The position numbers and the translations under genes are program-made. From positions 8,572 to 72,571 of the forward strand of contig JAGFIW010000081.1 in the NCBI GenBank assembly GCA_024103195.1: 64,000 nucleotides of DNA, read 5' to 3'. The notes under the pieces are model-generated. The model saw only the letters and a list, made by a program, of their open reading frames with translations. It did no database searches and had not been told where the DNA came from. How positions within the stretch are numbered: position 1 is the first letter of the stretch; the number at the start of each line of letters is the position of its first letter. Source of the stretch: Saprospiraceae bacterium. GTDB taxonomy: Bacteria; Bacteroidota; Bacteroidia; Chitinophagales; Saprospiraceae. Below, piece by piece: positions 1-12,171 of the stretch.

Positions 1-513
1 ATGCATGAAAAGGGTCCTTCTCCTGATGATTGGCGGGATTTCCTCCAATATTTCCCCGAAGTTTCACTTCCTGTTTCATTGACGGCGTCCAGTGCCATGG
101 CCTTTGCGCGGGACAATCCCCCTTTGCCTGCCCTGTGGAGTGCTTTCACGGTAGAACGGTGGGAAGAGGGAGAGACGGATGCCTACACGGAATTCCAGCC
201 GGGGTTTTCCTTCCGGATCGGTCGCAACACCGGAATTGTCTATTGGAAGGCCTCTTTGCTTCACTATGCCTATATCCTGGTCATTTTGAGTGCCAAGGGA
301 GAAGTGTTGGACCGTCTTGAACTGGCAGAGACCCGGTCGGAAGAGGGACTGCTCTTTCAGGGGGCCGCCGTGATCGAAGAAGACGGATCGATTTGCATGG
401 TCGAGAGCAGCCGGGATCCGGACGAGCCGGAAGGCGGTGTGACCCCGGCCGTCTCTGAGCGATGGTTGATCACGGCAGAGGGTCGCATTCAGGAATGGAA
501 CGAAGCCCCGTGA
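1..513 (+). CDS. hypothetical protein (possibly 5'-truncated by the window edge)
   Basis: Open frame from base 1 to TGA 511-513, 4 nt upstream of rnr. No recognisable motif. Confidence 0.4.
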   Translation: MHEKGPSPDDWRDFLQYFPEVSLPVSLTASSAMAFARDNPPLPALWSAFTVERWEEGETDAYTEFQPGFSFRIGRNTGIVYWKASLLHYAYILVILSAKGEVLDRLELAETRSEEGLLFQGAAVIEEDGSICMVESSRDPDEPEGGVTPAVSERWLITAEGRIQEWNEAP

Positions 514-517
514 ATGT

Positions 518-2692
518 ATGGACAAGAAGAAAAAAATCAAAGGCCGCAAGCTGGAACAATCCGAGCTGCAACAGGTGATCCGGCGCATGTATCGCAGGCA
601 TCCCTTCAAAGCATTTAATGCCAAACAGGTCATTCGAAAACTGAAAGTCGACAATGACAGGAACAGTGTACAACATGCCCTGGAGCAATTGGCCAGGACC
701 GAGGTGATAGTGCCTTTTCAGGAGGACAAATTCCGATGGGCAGGCATCGATGCCCCTCCAACGGAAGGCGTCACAGGCCGGAAGGGGGCTGCCGTCTTTA
801 CCGGGACGGTAGATCTCACCCGGTCGGGAGCCGCTTTTATCCAGGTGCCGGGCCGGGACAGGGACATTTTCGTTCCTCCCCATTCCGTGCACACGGCCAT
901 GCAGGGCGACACGGTCGAAGTACGGCTTGTCGCCTCTCGCCGGGGCAGGCCTGAGGGGGAAATCATTCGGATTCTCAAACGGGTTCAGGATCATTTTATC
1001 GGCACCCTGCGCATCACCCGAAATGGCGGGATTGTCACACCCGACAAGCAGAATGTGCCTTTTGACGTGCTCATCCCGCCTGATGGGACGGGTGAAGCGG
1101 CACACGGTGAGAAAGTGTTGGTCCAGGTGTTTGAATGGCCCGGGCCCGGGAGTCGTATCAAGAGTCCAAAAGGACGGATCCAGGGCCGCTTTGAAGGCCA
1201 ATCCCTCAATGATGTGGAAATGCAGGCCATTTTGATCCACAATGGATTTCCTCTCTACTTTTCGGTGGAAGCGCTCACCGAAACCCGCAATCTTCCCCAG
1301 GAGATTCCCACGGATGAAAGGAGCCGGCGGAGAGATTTCAGAGACATTGTCACCTTTACGATCGACCCGGAGGATGCCAAGGATTTTGATGATGCCCTTT
1401 CTTTTAGGCCTTTGGAGGGAGGAGGATGTGAGATCGGGATACATATCGCCGACGTATCGCATTATGTCCGGCCAGGAACGGCGCTCGACCGCGAAGCCTA
1501 TGAAAGGAGTACCTCAGTGTACCTCGTGGACCGCGTCCTGCCCATGTTGCCCGAGCGCATCTCCAATGAAATCTGTTCCCTGAGGCCGCATGAAGAAAGT
1601 CTCACTTTCTCGGCGGTATTCACCTTCGACGAAAAGGACCGGCTGACCGGTCGGTGGTTCGGGAAAACGGTCATCCACAGCGATCATCGCTTTTCTTACG
1701 AGCAAGCGCAGGAAGTCCTCGAGAAAGGGGAGGGCCCTTACGCAACGGAACTGCAGACCCTCAACCGGATTGCTACCAAACTGAGAAAAAAGAGGTTTCG
1801 GGAAGGGTCGATTTCTTTCGAATCGGAAGAAGTCAAATTTCGTCTTAACGAAGAAGGGGTACCGGTCGAGGTATATGTCAAGGAGCGGAAGGAGGCCCAT
1901 CTGCTTATTGAGGACTATATGTTGCTTGCCAATAGAGAAGTCGCCGCGCATATCCGCAAGAAATCAACCGGGCAGGAAATCCCGTTTGTCTACCGGGTCC
2001 ACGACTTGCCGGATCCCGACAAGCTGGCGGATTTTGCCTTGTTTGCCAGGGAGTTGGGATTTCACATGGAACTTAAAACGCCCAAGCAGGTGACCGCCTC
2101 CTTCAACCGGCTGGCGGAAGCGGTGCGCAAGGAGGAAAAACTGCGAATGCTGGAACCCCTCGCCATTCGCACCATGGCCAAAGCGGTATATACCACGGAG
2201 AATATCGGGCACTACGGTTTGGGCTTTGAAGATTATACCCACTTCACCTCTCCGATCCGGCGATATAGTGATGTATTGGTGCACCGTATCATGGAAAAAA
2301 ATCTGGAAGGCGAGTATCGGGAAAACAAAGCGTCGCTCGAATCGAAATGTGTGCACGTTTCCCAGCAGGAAAGAAGGGCCAATGATGCCGAGCGGGAATC
2401 CATCAAATACAAGCAGGTGGAGTTTATCGAGAAGCACGTTGGCGAGGTCTTCGAGGGTCAGATCAGCGGTATGATGGACCGCGGACTTTTTGTCCAGCTG
2501 AAAGGCAGTATGGTGGAAGGTATGGCGCCCTTCAGTCACTTTCCAGAGCCTTTCGATGTGGATGACAGCCGGCTCAAGGCCCGTGGGCGGTATTCCGGTG
2601 ATGTGTTGAAAATGGGGGATGTCGTTCAGGTTCAGATTCTTTTTGCCGACCTCGCCAGGCGCCAGGTGGAGATGCGAATCATTTTCGAATAA
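518..2692 (+). CDS. rnr: ribonuclease R (RNase II/R family 3'-5' exoribonuclease)
   Basis: RNB-domain motifs DPEDAKDFDDALS and HYGLGFEDYTHFTSPIRRYSD. C-terminal S1 domain GEVFEGQISGMMDRGLFVQL. Basic N-terminus. ATG at 518. Confidence 0.9.
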   Translation: MDKKKKIKGRKLEQSELQQVIRRMYRRHPFKAFNAKQVIRKLKVDNDRNSVQHALEQLARTEVIVPFQEDKFRWAGIDAPPTEGVTGRKGAAVFTGTVDLTRSGAAFIQVPGRDRDIFVPPHSVHTAMQGDTVEVRLVASRRGRPEGEIIRILKRVQDHFIGTLRITRNGGIVTPDKQNVPFDVLIPPDGTGEAAHGEKVLVQVFEWPGPGSRIKSPKGRIQGRFEGQSLNDVEMQAILIHNGFPLYFSVEALTETRNLPQEIPTDERSRRRDFRDIVTFTIDPEDAKDFDDALSFRPLEGGGCEIGIHIADVSHYVRPGTALDREAYERSTSVYLVDRVLPMLPERISNEICSLRPHEESLTFSAVFTFDEKDRLTGRWFGKTVIHSDHRFSYEQAQEVLEKGEGPYATELQTLNRIATKLRKKRFREGSISFESEEVKFRLNEEGVPVEVYVKERKEAHLLIEDYMLLANREVAAHIRKKSTGQEIPFVYRVHDLPDPDKLADFALFARELGFHMELKTPKQVTASFNRLAEAVRKEEKLRMLEPLAIRTMAKAVYTTENIGHYGLGFEDYTHFTSPIRRYSDVLVHRIMEKNLEGEYRENKASLESKCVHVSQQERRANDAERESIKYKQVEFIEKHVGEVFEGQISGMMDRGLFVQLKGSMVEGMAPFSHFPEPFDVDDSRLKARGRYSGDVLKMGDVVQVQILFADLARRQVEMRIIFE

Positions 2693-2707
2693 AGGCCGGT
2701 CGAAGGC

Positions 2708-3403
2708 ATGACGGATAGCGCGCTCATCGAACAGACCGTCCGCCATGTTCAGGCGGAGTTGGTCGATGCGGAGGCGGGTCATGACTGGTGGCATACGCGA
2801 AGGGTTTGGCAACTCGCCCGTCGTATTGCCGTGGAGGAGAAGGCGGACACCGTCATCGTGGAGCTTGCCGCGTTGCTGCACGATATCGCCGACAGCAAAT
2901 TTCACGGGGGAGACGAGGAGATAGGTCCTGCCAGAGCGCAGGCATTTCTCGAACAGGCAGGTGTCGCCGGGTCCCGGATCGCAGCCATCACGGCCATCAT
3001 TCGCCACATGTCTTTCAAGGGAGGGAGGAAGTCGGGCTACGATTCTCCGGAGTTTCGGGTGGTTCAGGATGCCGACAGGCTGGATGCCATCGGTGCCATA
3101 GGGATTGCAAGGGCTTTTCATTACGGCGGATATCGCAACCGCCCTATCCACGACCCGGGTATACCACTAGCAACGAGAATGACACCGGAAGCCTACAAAC
3201 AAAATCAGGCTCCCACGATCCATCACTTTTACGACAAACTCCTGCTGTTGGAAGGCCGCCTGCATACGGCCACGGCCAAACGGCTGGCCCGGGGGCGGCA
3301 CCGGTTTTTGCTGGATTTCCTCCGCCAGTTTTATCTGGAATGGAACGAGGCTCATCCGGAGGATGCAGTTGATCCTTCTCCCGGAACGGATGGGTTTCGC
3401 TGA
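2708..3403 (+). CDS. HD-domain phosphohydrolase (YedJ-like)
   Basis: HD signature LAALLHDIADSKF and second metal site VQDADRLDAIGAIGIARAF. 231 aa. Confidence 0.8.
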   Translation: MTDSALIEQTVRHVQAELVDAEAGHDWWHTRRVWQLARRIAVEEKADTVIVELAALLHDIADSKFHGGDEEIGPARAQAFLEQAGVAGSRIAAITAIIRHMSFKGGRKSGYDSPEFRVVQDADRLDAIGAIGIARAFHYGGYRNRPIHDPGIPLATRMTPEAYKQNQAPTIHHFYDKLLLLEGRLHTATAKRLARGRHRFLLDFLRQFYLEWNEAHPEDAVDPSPGTDGFR

Positions 3404-4956
<1,553 letters not shown>

Positions 4957-4957
<1 letters not shown>

Positions 4958-5556
4958 TGAGGCGCTTACTGCCCCCTTCCTGGTATGGGGACAGAGATGT
5001 TGTCCGGCTGGCACGGGCCTTGCTGGGCAAAGAATTGCTCACCTCCTTTAATGGCGTCCAGACCTCCGGTCTGATCATGGAAACGGAGGCCTATCGCGGA
5101 CCGGAAGACAGGGCCTCCCATGCCTGGAACGGCAGAAGGACAGCCCGCACCGAGGTCATGTTTGCCCAAGGTGGGGTGGCCTATGTATATCAGTGCTACG
5201 GCATCCATCATTTGTTCAATGTCGTTACGGGTCCTGCAGGTATTCCTCATGCCGTTCTGGTGCGCGCCATTCTGGCCGACAAAGGCGTGGAAGTCATGTT
5301 GCAAAGAAGAGGACTGACAGGTCCGAAACCCCGCTGGCTGAGTGGACCGGGGTCTGTCGGCCGGGCATTGGGTCTTCATGCCCGCCATTCAGGGATGGCT
5401 CTCTGGGACAGAGATAGTCCTGTCCAGGTGCATGACCGGGGTCTGGTGGTTGGTGATGAGGAGATAGTCGCCGGCCCACGGGTTGGCATTGACTATGCCG
5501 GAGCGGACGCCGCCCTTCCATGGAGATTTGTTTGGCGGGCATCCTCCCTACCGTAG
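4957..5556 (+). CDS. DNA-3-methyladenine glycosylase (AAG/Mpg family)
   Basis: ETEAYRGPEDRASHA and GVAYVYQCYGIHHLFNVV motifs. The track start 4954 is a TTG; ATG 4957 overlaps the guaB stop (TGATG). Confidence 0.85.
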
Positions 5557-5592
5557 GCCGGTGGCCCGGAAGGGCAGGGGAGACATTTTCCT

Positions 5593-6057
5593 TCAGGAGG
5601 ATGCCGAGGATTCTTCGTCCTGACGGGCAAAAAAAATGTAATCCGTGTATGGTATTTCACCAGCTACGGGCTTCAGAAGTTGGGCAATCTGGCCTCGGTG
5701 ATAAGCACCATGGAGGAGCAAATGCTGGAGGATATCTTCCAGTGTGTTGCGAAAGGAAATCCCTTTCGAATTTTGGTAAGTGACGATCCTGCCAGGAGTC
5801 AGGCTGATCAGCACCCCGCGCAAATCCTCCAGATTTCTTTCCAGCCACGGGATCCACTGAAGGGGAGAAATGGGCTCCCAGACACCCACCGGACTTTCCT
5901 CCTGAAGGATACGACTGATCCAGATCCTTTGGGCGCACAACAAATGGGCACAGAGCAGGTCGGCGCGTTCCGGCCTTTCCGGCAAGCGGAGAGCCGTATC
6001 AAACAACCGACGCGTCGCCCATTCTTCGTAGTGAAAGAGGTCTTGAAGCGGTTTCAT
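5593..6057 (-). CDS. DinB-family (four-helix metal-binding) protein
   Basis: DinB-like His pattern (HLLCAQRIW ... LLHGAYHRGQIAQLL). Start set to ATG 6057 (MKPLQDLFHYEEW), which avoids overlap with the upstream receptor gene. Confidence 0.7.
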   Translation of the reverse strand: MKPLQDLFHYEEWATRRLFDTALRLPERPERADLLCAHLLCAQRIWISRILQEESPVGVWEPISPLQWIPWLERNLEDLRGVLISLTPGRIVTYQNSKGISFRNTLEDILQHLLLHGAYHRGQIAQLLKPVAGEIPYTDYIFFARQDEESSASS

Positions 6058-6122
6058 TCCTTGGCAAAATACAAAAGTGGCAACTATGGAAGGAACATTG
6101 GGAGAATGGCCCATAGTTGTCC

Positions 6123-8528
6123 TTACCATTCGATCATCAGTCCGATACTGGGAAGCCGGGTGCCTGACGAATCCTCGATTTCCTTGAGGGCATATCGCTG
6201 CTCGGCCACCGGCGCCTCCGGGTTGACAATGACGGGATCGCCGACCGGTTGGTTGTCGGAATCCAACGGCCGATCGAGGACGAGTTGAGGAAAACTGACG
6301 CTATTGGCCAGGACATTCTGAACATCCACATATACATTCAGGCTCCACCGCCGGAAGTACCATTTCTTGTCGATCCTTACATCCAGGCCATTGATGGCAG
6401 AAGAACGGAGGGTGTTCAGTCTTTCATAATCGGGGATACCCCTGCCATTTACATCCCAGCTCTGGACCAGGGATGACCGGTCAGAAAATGGAGTGTAAGG
6501 CAAACCGGTCTGAAAGCGCCAGTTGACACCTGCCTCCCAATGGCGTCCGAATTTCACCCCGGTCGTCAGGTTGATGATGTGCCGGGCATCCCAGGCAGAA
6601 GGAACAAGTTTTCCCCGACGGTCTTCAAACGCGCTCCACCCCAGGGTGTAACTGGCGATGCCGTAGAAACCTTTATAGAGCCGCTGCTGGAAGAGGAGTT
6701 CCAATCCATAGGTCCTTCCCCGGCTTTGCGATACGGCGGGTTCATTGCCGATCACGCCAAAATCACCGCCGAGATTGGCCAGTGTGAGGCTGTCTCGCAG
6801 GAGAAAGGGGTAATGGTCATAGGTCTTCAAATAAACCTCCGCCGTCAGTCGGGAGTTGCTTGCTGTATTGTATTCAAGCCCTGCCACGGCATGGTTCCCC
6901 TGTATGTAACGGATGCCGTTATCCCTGTTGACGAGTCGGCCATCCTGACGGTAACCCATCACGGTGTAGGGAGGAAGTTGGTAATACCTCCCCAGACTGG
7001 CATTGAGACTGAAAGGTCCTTCAAAGTTCCAAGCCAGCGCCAGGCGGGGTGAGAACTGATCCCAGGGTGCGGCCATTTGGCCGGAATACGAATTGCCGTC
7101 AACCCGGATCCCGGCGGACAGTTTCAGGCGTTCATCCATAAAACTGCGGTTGACCGCGCCGAAAAAACCGTATTTGTGGAAATCCAGATGGGAAGAAAAA
7201 TCCAGGGTCCGGGGACCGTCCGGTGTAAAAATCCGGTTGAACGTCCGATTGGTATAACGGACATATTCATAGGCCAAGCCGGCATTGAAGCGATAGGCGC
7301 CAACGGTGCCCGTGTATTCCGTCCGGAATTTGTTTTCCATCTCCTCACTCCGATACTGAAGGATCAGGTTTTCGGGTGAGGAATCGTCATTTCCGGCGTA
7401 TTTGGTGGCTTCATTCCTCAGCATGTTCCGGCTGAGGACAAGTGTCCAAAAGCCCCGTTTTGCAAAATGCTTGTAGACCAATCCATTGGTATAATTCCAC
7501 TGCGGGGTTTCCGGAAGATTGGCCAGTAGGAATTGCTGGTTTTCCGTCTTGTTGGCATCGAGGTTGAGCCGGAATTGGTCGAGGGCACCCAGGCCGATAA
7601 ACTGGATTTCGTTCTGTTGATTAAACCGGTGCCGGACCTTCACCTGGAAATCATTGTATGTCGGTAGAAAGGGCAGTTCCAGAGCGGCGAACAGAAACTG
7701 TAGATAGGAGCGACGTGCAGAAATCAGAAAGGTGGTTTTGTCGGAGATCGGTCCTTCCAGGGTTGCTCCGATATCAGTAGCTCCAATCATGAAGGTACCG
7801 CCAATCCGGTCGTCCCTGCCGTCGGTCTGTCTGAATTGGATGAGGGAACTCAAGGCATTGCCCCGATTGGCCGGAAAAGCGCTGCTATGGAAATCCACTT
7901 CGCGGATGAAGTTCACGTTCAACATGCCGACCGGTCCTCCCGAAGCGCCCTGGGTGGCAAAATGGTTGATGACCGGCACTTCGACATCATCCAGATAGAA
8001 GCGGTTTTCGTTCGGGGCACCTCCCCGGATGATCAGGTCATTACGGAAGGAGGCCACACGGGTGACGCCCGGCAATACCTGAACTACCCTGGAAATGTCG
8101 CGATTGCCTCCCGGATTGCGCTGAATCTCCGCCGCGCCGATCGTGCGCAGGGAAAGAGGGCTTTCCTCGGTCTTCCTGAAAGGAGCGGTGCGTACCACGA
8201 CTTCTTCGAGCAGGGCGGAAGCTGTTTGCAAGGCAATATCCAACCATACCGGTCTGGCCGGAGTGACCTGAATCTCGAACACACTTTGCGTCTCGTATCC
8301 CAAATAACTGAATGTCAAAGCATACAGACCGGGAGCCAGGTCATCGATGGCGAACGTGCCATCCTCGGCGGTCACCACTCCCCTGGATCCGTCCTGAAGG
8401 GCTACGGTGGCCAGGATGATGGGCTCGTTGGTAAGGGCATCGGTTACCTTTCCCCTGATGCTTCCCGTCTGGGCCATGGCGGGAAGTGTGATGACAAGAA
8501 CGGCAAGTCCGAACAAAAACCGAAGCAT
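6123..8528 (-). CDS. TonB-dependent receptor with N-terminal carboxypeptidase-regulatory-like domain
   Basis: Signal peptide MLRFLFGLAVLVITLPAMAQ. CarboxypepD_reg-like GSIRGKVTD...LAPGLYALTFSYLGYE. Plug region (RNPGGNRDISRVVQVLPGV). Long strand-rich barrel ending in W. Confidence 0.85.
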   Translation of the reverse strand: MLRFLFGLAVLVITLPAMAQTGSIRGKVTDALTNEPIILATVALQDGSRGVVTAEDGTFAIDDLAPGLYALTFSYLGYETQSVFEIQVTPARPVWLDIALQTASALLEEVVVRTAPFRKTEESPLSLRTIGAAEIQRNPGGNRDISRVVQVLPGVTRVASFRNDLIIRGGAPNENRFYLDDVEVPVINHFATQGASGGPVGMLNVNFIREVDFHSSAFPANRGNALSSLIQFRQTDGRDDRIGGTFMIGATDIGATLEGPISDKTTFLISARRSYLQFLFAALELPFLPTYNDFQVKVRHRFNQQNEIQFIGLGALDQFRLNLDANKTENQQFLLANLPETPQWNYTNGLVYKHFAKRGFWTLVLSRNMLRNEATKYAGNDDSSPENLILQYRSEEMENKFRTEYTGTVGAYRFNAGLAYEYVRYTNRTFNRIFTPDGPRTLDFSSHLDFHKYGFFGAVNRSFMDERLKLSAGIRVDGNSYSGQMAAPWDQFSPRLALAWNFEGPFSLNASLGRYYQLPPYTVMGYRQDGRLVNRDNGIRYIQGNHAVAGLEYNTASNSRLTAEVYLKTYDHYPFLLRDSLTLANLGGDFGVIGNEPAVSQSRGRTYGLELLFQQRLYKGFYGIASYTLGWSAFEDRRGKLVPSAWDARHIINLTTGVKFGRHWEAGVNWRFQTGLPYTPFSDRSSLVQSWDVNGRGIPDYERLNTLRSSAINGLDVRIDKKWYFRRWSLNVYVDVQNVLANSVSFPQLVLDRPLDSDNQPVGDPVIVNPEAPVAEQRYALKEIEDSSGTRLPSIGLMIEW

Positions 8529-8599
8529 ACGGAAGAATTATCGCCTCATAACAGAGAGCGGCGGTCAATGTTCCGACTAAACCGGCCAGGTCGGGCAGG

Positions 8600-11500
8600 T
8601 CAGCCGGCAGGACTCACGCTGATGACGGCTGTAAGGTCCTCGTTGAGTTCCACCTCCGTTCCTTCGATGTCTTCCTGCAGGGTAAGTGATTCGGCGAGTG
8701 TTTCCCTGCGGATGTAATCGCCAAAACGGGCCACCGCTTCCTTGACCCCGGGCTGATCCAGCACTTCAATGCGCACCCGGTCCGTAACGGCAAAGCCGGC
8801 TTCCTTGCGAAGGTTCTGTATGCGGTTGACCAAGTCGCGCGCGGTCCCTTCCGCCAGGAGGTCTGGAGTAAGGGATATGTCGAGTGCTACGGTGAGTCCT
8901 TCTTCGGAGGCCGTTTTCCAACCGGGAAGGTCTTCAGTGGTGATGATCAGGTCTTCAGGCAGAATGGAATAGGATTGGTGCTGGACGGAAAGCGTGAGCG
9001 ACCCCTCCTTTTCGAGGGCGTTGATCTGTTCATTGGTGAAACCGCCGATCATGGCTGCGACATCCTTCATGTGTTTACCCATTCGGGCACCCAGCGTTTT
9101 GAAGTTGGCCTTCGCCTGTTTGTGGAGCATGCCCGATGCATCAGTGACAAATTCCAGTTCCTTGACATTGATTTCGGAAAGGATGAGTTCTTTCACCCCG
9201 TCCACCCTTTCTTTGAACTTTTCGTCCAGGACCGGCAGGAGCAAGCGGCTGAGGGGCAACCGAACCCTCAATTTTTCCTTTTTGCGAATACTCAGGGCCA
9301 GGGAACATATGCGCTGGGCATATTCCATCCGCTGTTCAAGGTCGCGATCAATCCGGGCGTTGTCGGCAGGAGTGAGGTCCGTCAGATGGACACTGTCATC
9401 GACATCCGTGAAACCGGCTTGATGGGCTTTTTGCCGGATGGGTGCCGTGAGATTGCGAAAAATCCAGTCGGTGAAAAACGGTGCGGCAGGAGAGGACAGT
9501 TGCGCCACGACCATCAGGCATTCATACAGGGTTTGGTAGGCGGACAATTTGTCTTCATTCCATTCGCCTTTCCAGAACCGCCGGCGGGATAGTCTGACAT
9601 ACCAATTGCTCAAATGGCGGTCGACAAAGCCCTCCAACGCCCGAAGGGCTTTGGTGGGTTCGTAGTCGTCCATGTACTGACGTACCTCTTCCACCAGGCT
9701 GTACAAGCGGGAAATGATCCAGCGGTCGAGTTCGGATCGTCGGTTGAGGGGAAGGGGCGGATGCTCATCCATGACAAACCGGTCCAGATTGGCATAGAGG
9801 GCAAAAAAGTTGTAAGTATTGAATAGCGTGCCGAAGTATTTGTTGCGCACTTCCAAAAGACCGCCTTCATCAAACTTGAGGTTTTCCCAGGGGTCTGCGT
9901 TCGACATCATGTACCAACGGGTGGCATCGGCCCCGTGCTGCAGGATGGTTTCAAATGGGTCGACGACATTCCCTTTGGATTTGGACATTTTGTTGCCGTC
10001 TTTATCCAGGACCAAGCCATTGGATACAACGGTTTTATAGGCTATGGAATCGAAGCAGAGGGTGGCGATGGCATGGAGGGTGTAAAACCATCCCCGTGTT
10101 TGGTCAACGCCTTCGGCAATAAAGTCGGCCGGAAAATTGCGGCGGAAGGCTTCCTGGTTTTCAAAAGGGTAATGCCACTGGGCATAGGGCATGGACCCGG
10201 AATCGAACCAGACATCGATCAGGTCGGGTTCGCGATGCATGGGTTGTCCGTCGTCACTGATCAGGACGAGCTGATCAATGAAAGGCCGATGGAAATCGGG
10301 AGGAACGCGCTGTCCCATCCCCAGTGCCAGGTTGGCCATGTCCAGTTCTCGCTGTAGTTCTTCGACCGATCCGATGCATTTGGTCTGTTGACCGTCGGCG
10401 GTACGCCATATAGGTAGTGGAATGCCCCAATACCGGGACCGGGAGAGGTTCCAGTCCTGCAGGTTTTCGAGCCAGGCGCCAAACCGACCGGTGCCCGTAT
10501 GTGCTGGTTTCCAGCGAATGGAGCGGTTGAGTTCTGCCATGCGCTCACGGGCGGCGGAAGCGCGGATGAACCATGCATCCAGCGGATAGTAAAGGATGGG
10601 TTTGTCCGTCCTCCAGCAATGCGGGTAATTGTGCTTGTATTTTTCGATCCGAAAGGCCTTGTTGTCTTCCTTGAGCTTGAGGGCGATCAGCAGGTCGGTG
10701 GGTTTGAAATCGGGATGATTGCGTTCCTGTTCCGGATAGTATTCCGCCTTGACAAACCGGCCGGCAAATTCTCCCATTTGGGCCACAAACCGTCCCGTGC
10801 GATCTACGAGGGGCTGCACTACACCCCGCTCATCCGGTATGCCGATAAAGGGGACATCCTGCGCCAGGCAAGCGCGAAAATCATCGGCGCCGAAATAAGG
10901 AGCCGTATGTACGACCCCCGTGCCGTCTTCCGTGGTGACGAAATCGGCTGTAATGACCCTGAATCCCCTGGCCTCCAGATCAGGGCTGGTGACATAAGGT
11001 AAAAGTTGCTCGTACCGGATACCCTGCAAGCGATCTCCTCTGAATTTGCCTGCCAGGGCCCAGGGCATGATCTTGTCGCCAGGCCGGCAGGAGGCCATCG
11101 GCTGTCCCTCACCGGCCGGATCGAAGTACGCGCCCATTCGCTCACCGGCCAGAAGGAGGCTGACGGGCAGGCCGGTGTACGGGCTTATGGTGCGCACCTT
11201 GACATACTCGATCTGTGCTCCGACCGACAGCGCCACATTGCTGGGGAGGGTCCATGGAGTGGTGGTCCAGGCCAGAATGCGGACATCCTCATCTTCTTCC
11301 TCAAAAAGGAAAGCAGATGTTTCGTTCCTGCGCACCTTGAACATGGCCACAACGGAGGTGTCGGTCACCTCGCGATAACAGCCGGGCAGATTGAGTTCGT
11401 GGCTGCTGAGTCCGGTGCCGGCCGCAGGACTGTAAGGTTGGATGGTAAAACCTTTGTACAGATAGGAATCTCCAGCCGGTGTACGCTTCTCGTACAACAA

Positions 11501-12001
11501 CTTCAGCAGGTGCCAGCAGGACTCGATATAGTCATTGTCAAAAGTGATGTAGGGATGGGCGAGGTCCACCCAATAGCCCATTCGGCGGGTGAGGTCGTCC
11601 CACAAATTCTTGTACCGTAGCACTGTGGAGCGGCATGCTTTGTTGTAATCGGCGACCGTAATGGATTTGCCGATGTCTTCCTTGGTGATGCCGAGTTCTT
11701 TCTCGACCTGCAGTTCTACCGGAAGGCCATGTGTGTCCCATCCGCCTTTCCGCTCTACGCGATAACCCTTGAGGGTATTGTAACGGCAAAACAGATCCTT
11801 GACGGTTCTCGCCATGACATGGTGGATGCCCGGTTTGCCGTTGGCGCTGGGGGGACCTTCATAGAAAACAAAGGATCTGGCCGGATCACGACGCTCGACA
11901 CTGCGTTCAAAGGTCTTGTTCTCCTCCCAAAAAGCCAGGATCTCCTGTTCGATATCAGGAAGGTGCAATTGCCGGAACTCGCGGTATAAGGGTGTGGCCA
12001 T
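8600..12001 (-). CDS. ileS: isoleucine--tRNA ligase (long, type 2 form)
   Basis: Class I HIGH-type motif PSANGKPGIHHV, KMSKS motif (NKMSKSKGN), CP1 editing insertion. 1133 aa. ATG at 12001. Confidence 0.95.
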   Translation of the reverse strand: MATPLYREFRQLHLPDIEQEILAFWEENKTFERSVERRDPARSFVFYEGPPSANGKPGIHHVMARTVKDLFCRYNTLKGYRVERKGGWDTHGLPVELQVEKELGITKEDIGKSITVADYNKACRSTVLRYKNLWDDLTRRMGYWVDLAHPYITFDNDYIESCWHLLKLLYEKRTPAGDSYLYKGFTIQPYSPAAGTGLSSHELNLPGCYREVTDTSVVAMFKVRRNETSAFLFEEEDEDVRILAWTTTPWTLPSNVALSVGAQIEYVKVRTISPYTGLPVSLLLAGERMGAYFDPAGEGQPMASCRPGDKIMPWALAGKFRGDRLQGIRYEQLLPYVTSPDLEARGFRVITADFVTTEDGTGVVHTAPYFGADDFRACLAQDVPFIGIPDERGVVQPLVDRTGRFVAQMGEFAGRFVKAEYYPEQERNHPDFKPTDLLIALKLKEDNKAFRIEKYKHNYPHCWRTDKPILYYPLDAWFIRASAARERMAELNRSIRWKPAHTGTGRFGAWLENLQDWNLSRSRYWGIPLPIWRTADGQQTKCIGSVEELQRELDMANLALGMGQRVPPDFHRPFIDQLVLISDDGQPMHREPDLIDVWFDSGSMPYAQWHYPFENQEAFRRNFPADFIAEGVDQTRGWFYTLHAIATLCFDSIAYKTVVSNGLVLDKDGNKMSKSKGNVVDPFETILQHGADATRWYMMSNADPWENLKFDEGGLLEVRNKYFGTLFNTYNFFALYANLDRFVMDEHPPLPLNRRSELDRWIISRLYSLVEEVRQYMDDYEPTKALRALEGFVDRHLSNWYVRLSRRRFWKGEWNEDKLSAYQTLYECLMVVAQLSSPAAPFFTDWIFRNLTAPIRQKAHQAGFTDVDDSVHLTDLTPADNARIDRDLEQRMEYAQRICSLALSIRKKEKLRVRLPLSRLLLPVLDEKFKERVDGVKELILSEINVKELEFVTDASGMLHKQAKANFKTLGARMGKHMKDVAAMIGGFTNEQINALEKEGSLTLSVQHQSYSILPEDLIITTEDLPGWKTASEEGLTVALDISLTPDLLAEGTARDLVNRIQNLRKEAGFAVTDRVRIEVLDQPGVKEAVARFGDYIRRETLAESLTLQEDIEGTEVELNEDLTAVISVSPAG

Positions 12002-12029
12002 GACGGGGTTTGCGGATGGAAACGGTCCG

Positions 12030-12037
12030 CAAAGTTA
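12030..12037 (-). promoter_or_regulatory. -7 box TAACTTTG upstream of ileS
   Basis: Plus strand reads CAAAGTTA. 28 nt upstream of ATG 12001 and downstream of the PPIase terminator. Confidence 0.4.
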
Positions 12038-12062
12038 GGGGTTTGATATGGTAGAGGACAGG

Positions 12063-12112
12063 TAGGTCGCCCGGGCTGCCATTCCGCCGTTTAGGTCGCC
12101 ACGGCCATTCCG
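12063..12112 (-). repeat. imperfect direct repeat upstream of the ileS promoter box
   Basis: TAGGTCGCC-cgggct-GCCATTCCG (12063-12086), then TAGGTCGCC-acg-GCCATTCCG (12092-12112). Confidence 0.5.
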
Positions 12113-12121
12113 ATATCGCAC

Positions 12122-12153
12122 AAAAAAAGCCGCGCTTTCCGGGCGCGGCTTTT
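12122..12153 (-). terminator. rho-independent terminator after the PPIase gene
   Basis: Minus strand reads GAAAAGCCGCGCCCGGAAAGCGCGGCTTTTTTT: a GC-rich 7-8 bp stem followed by a T7 run, 20 nt after the stop. Confidence 0.75.
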
Positions 12154-12171
12154 CAATGTCATGCCACCGGG

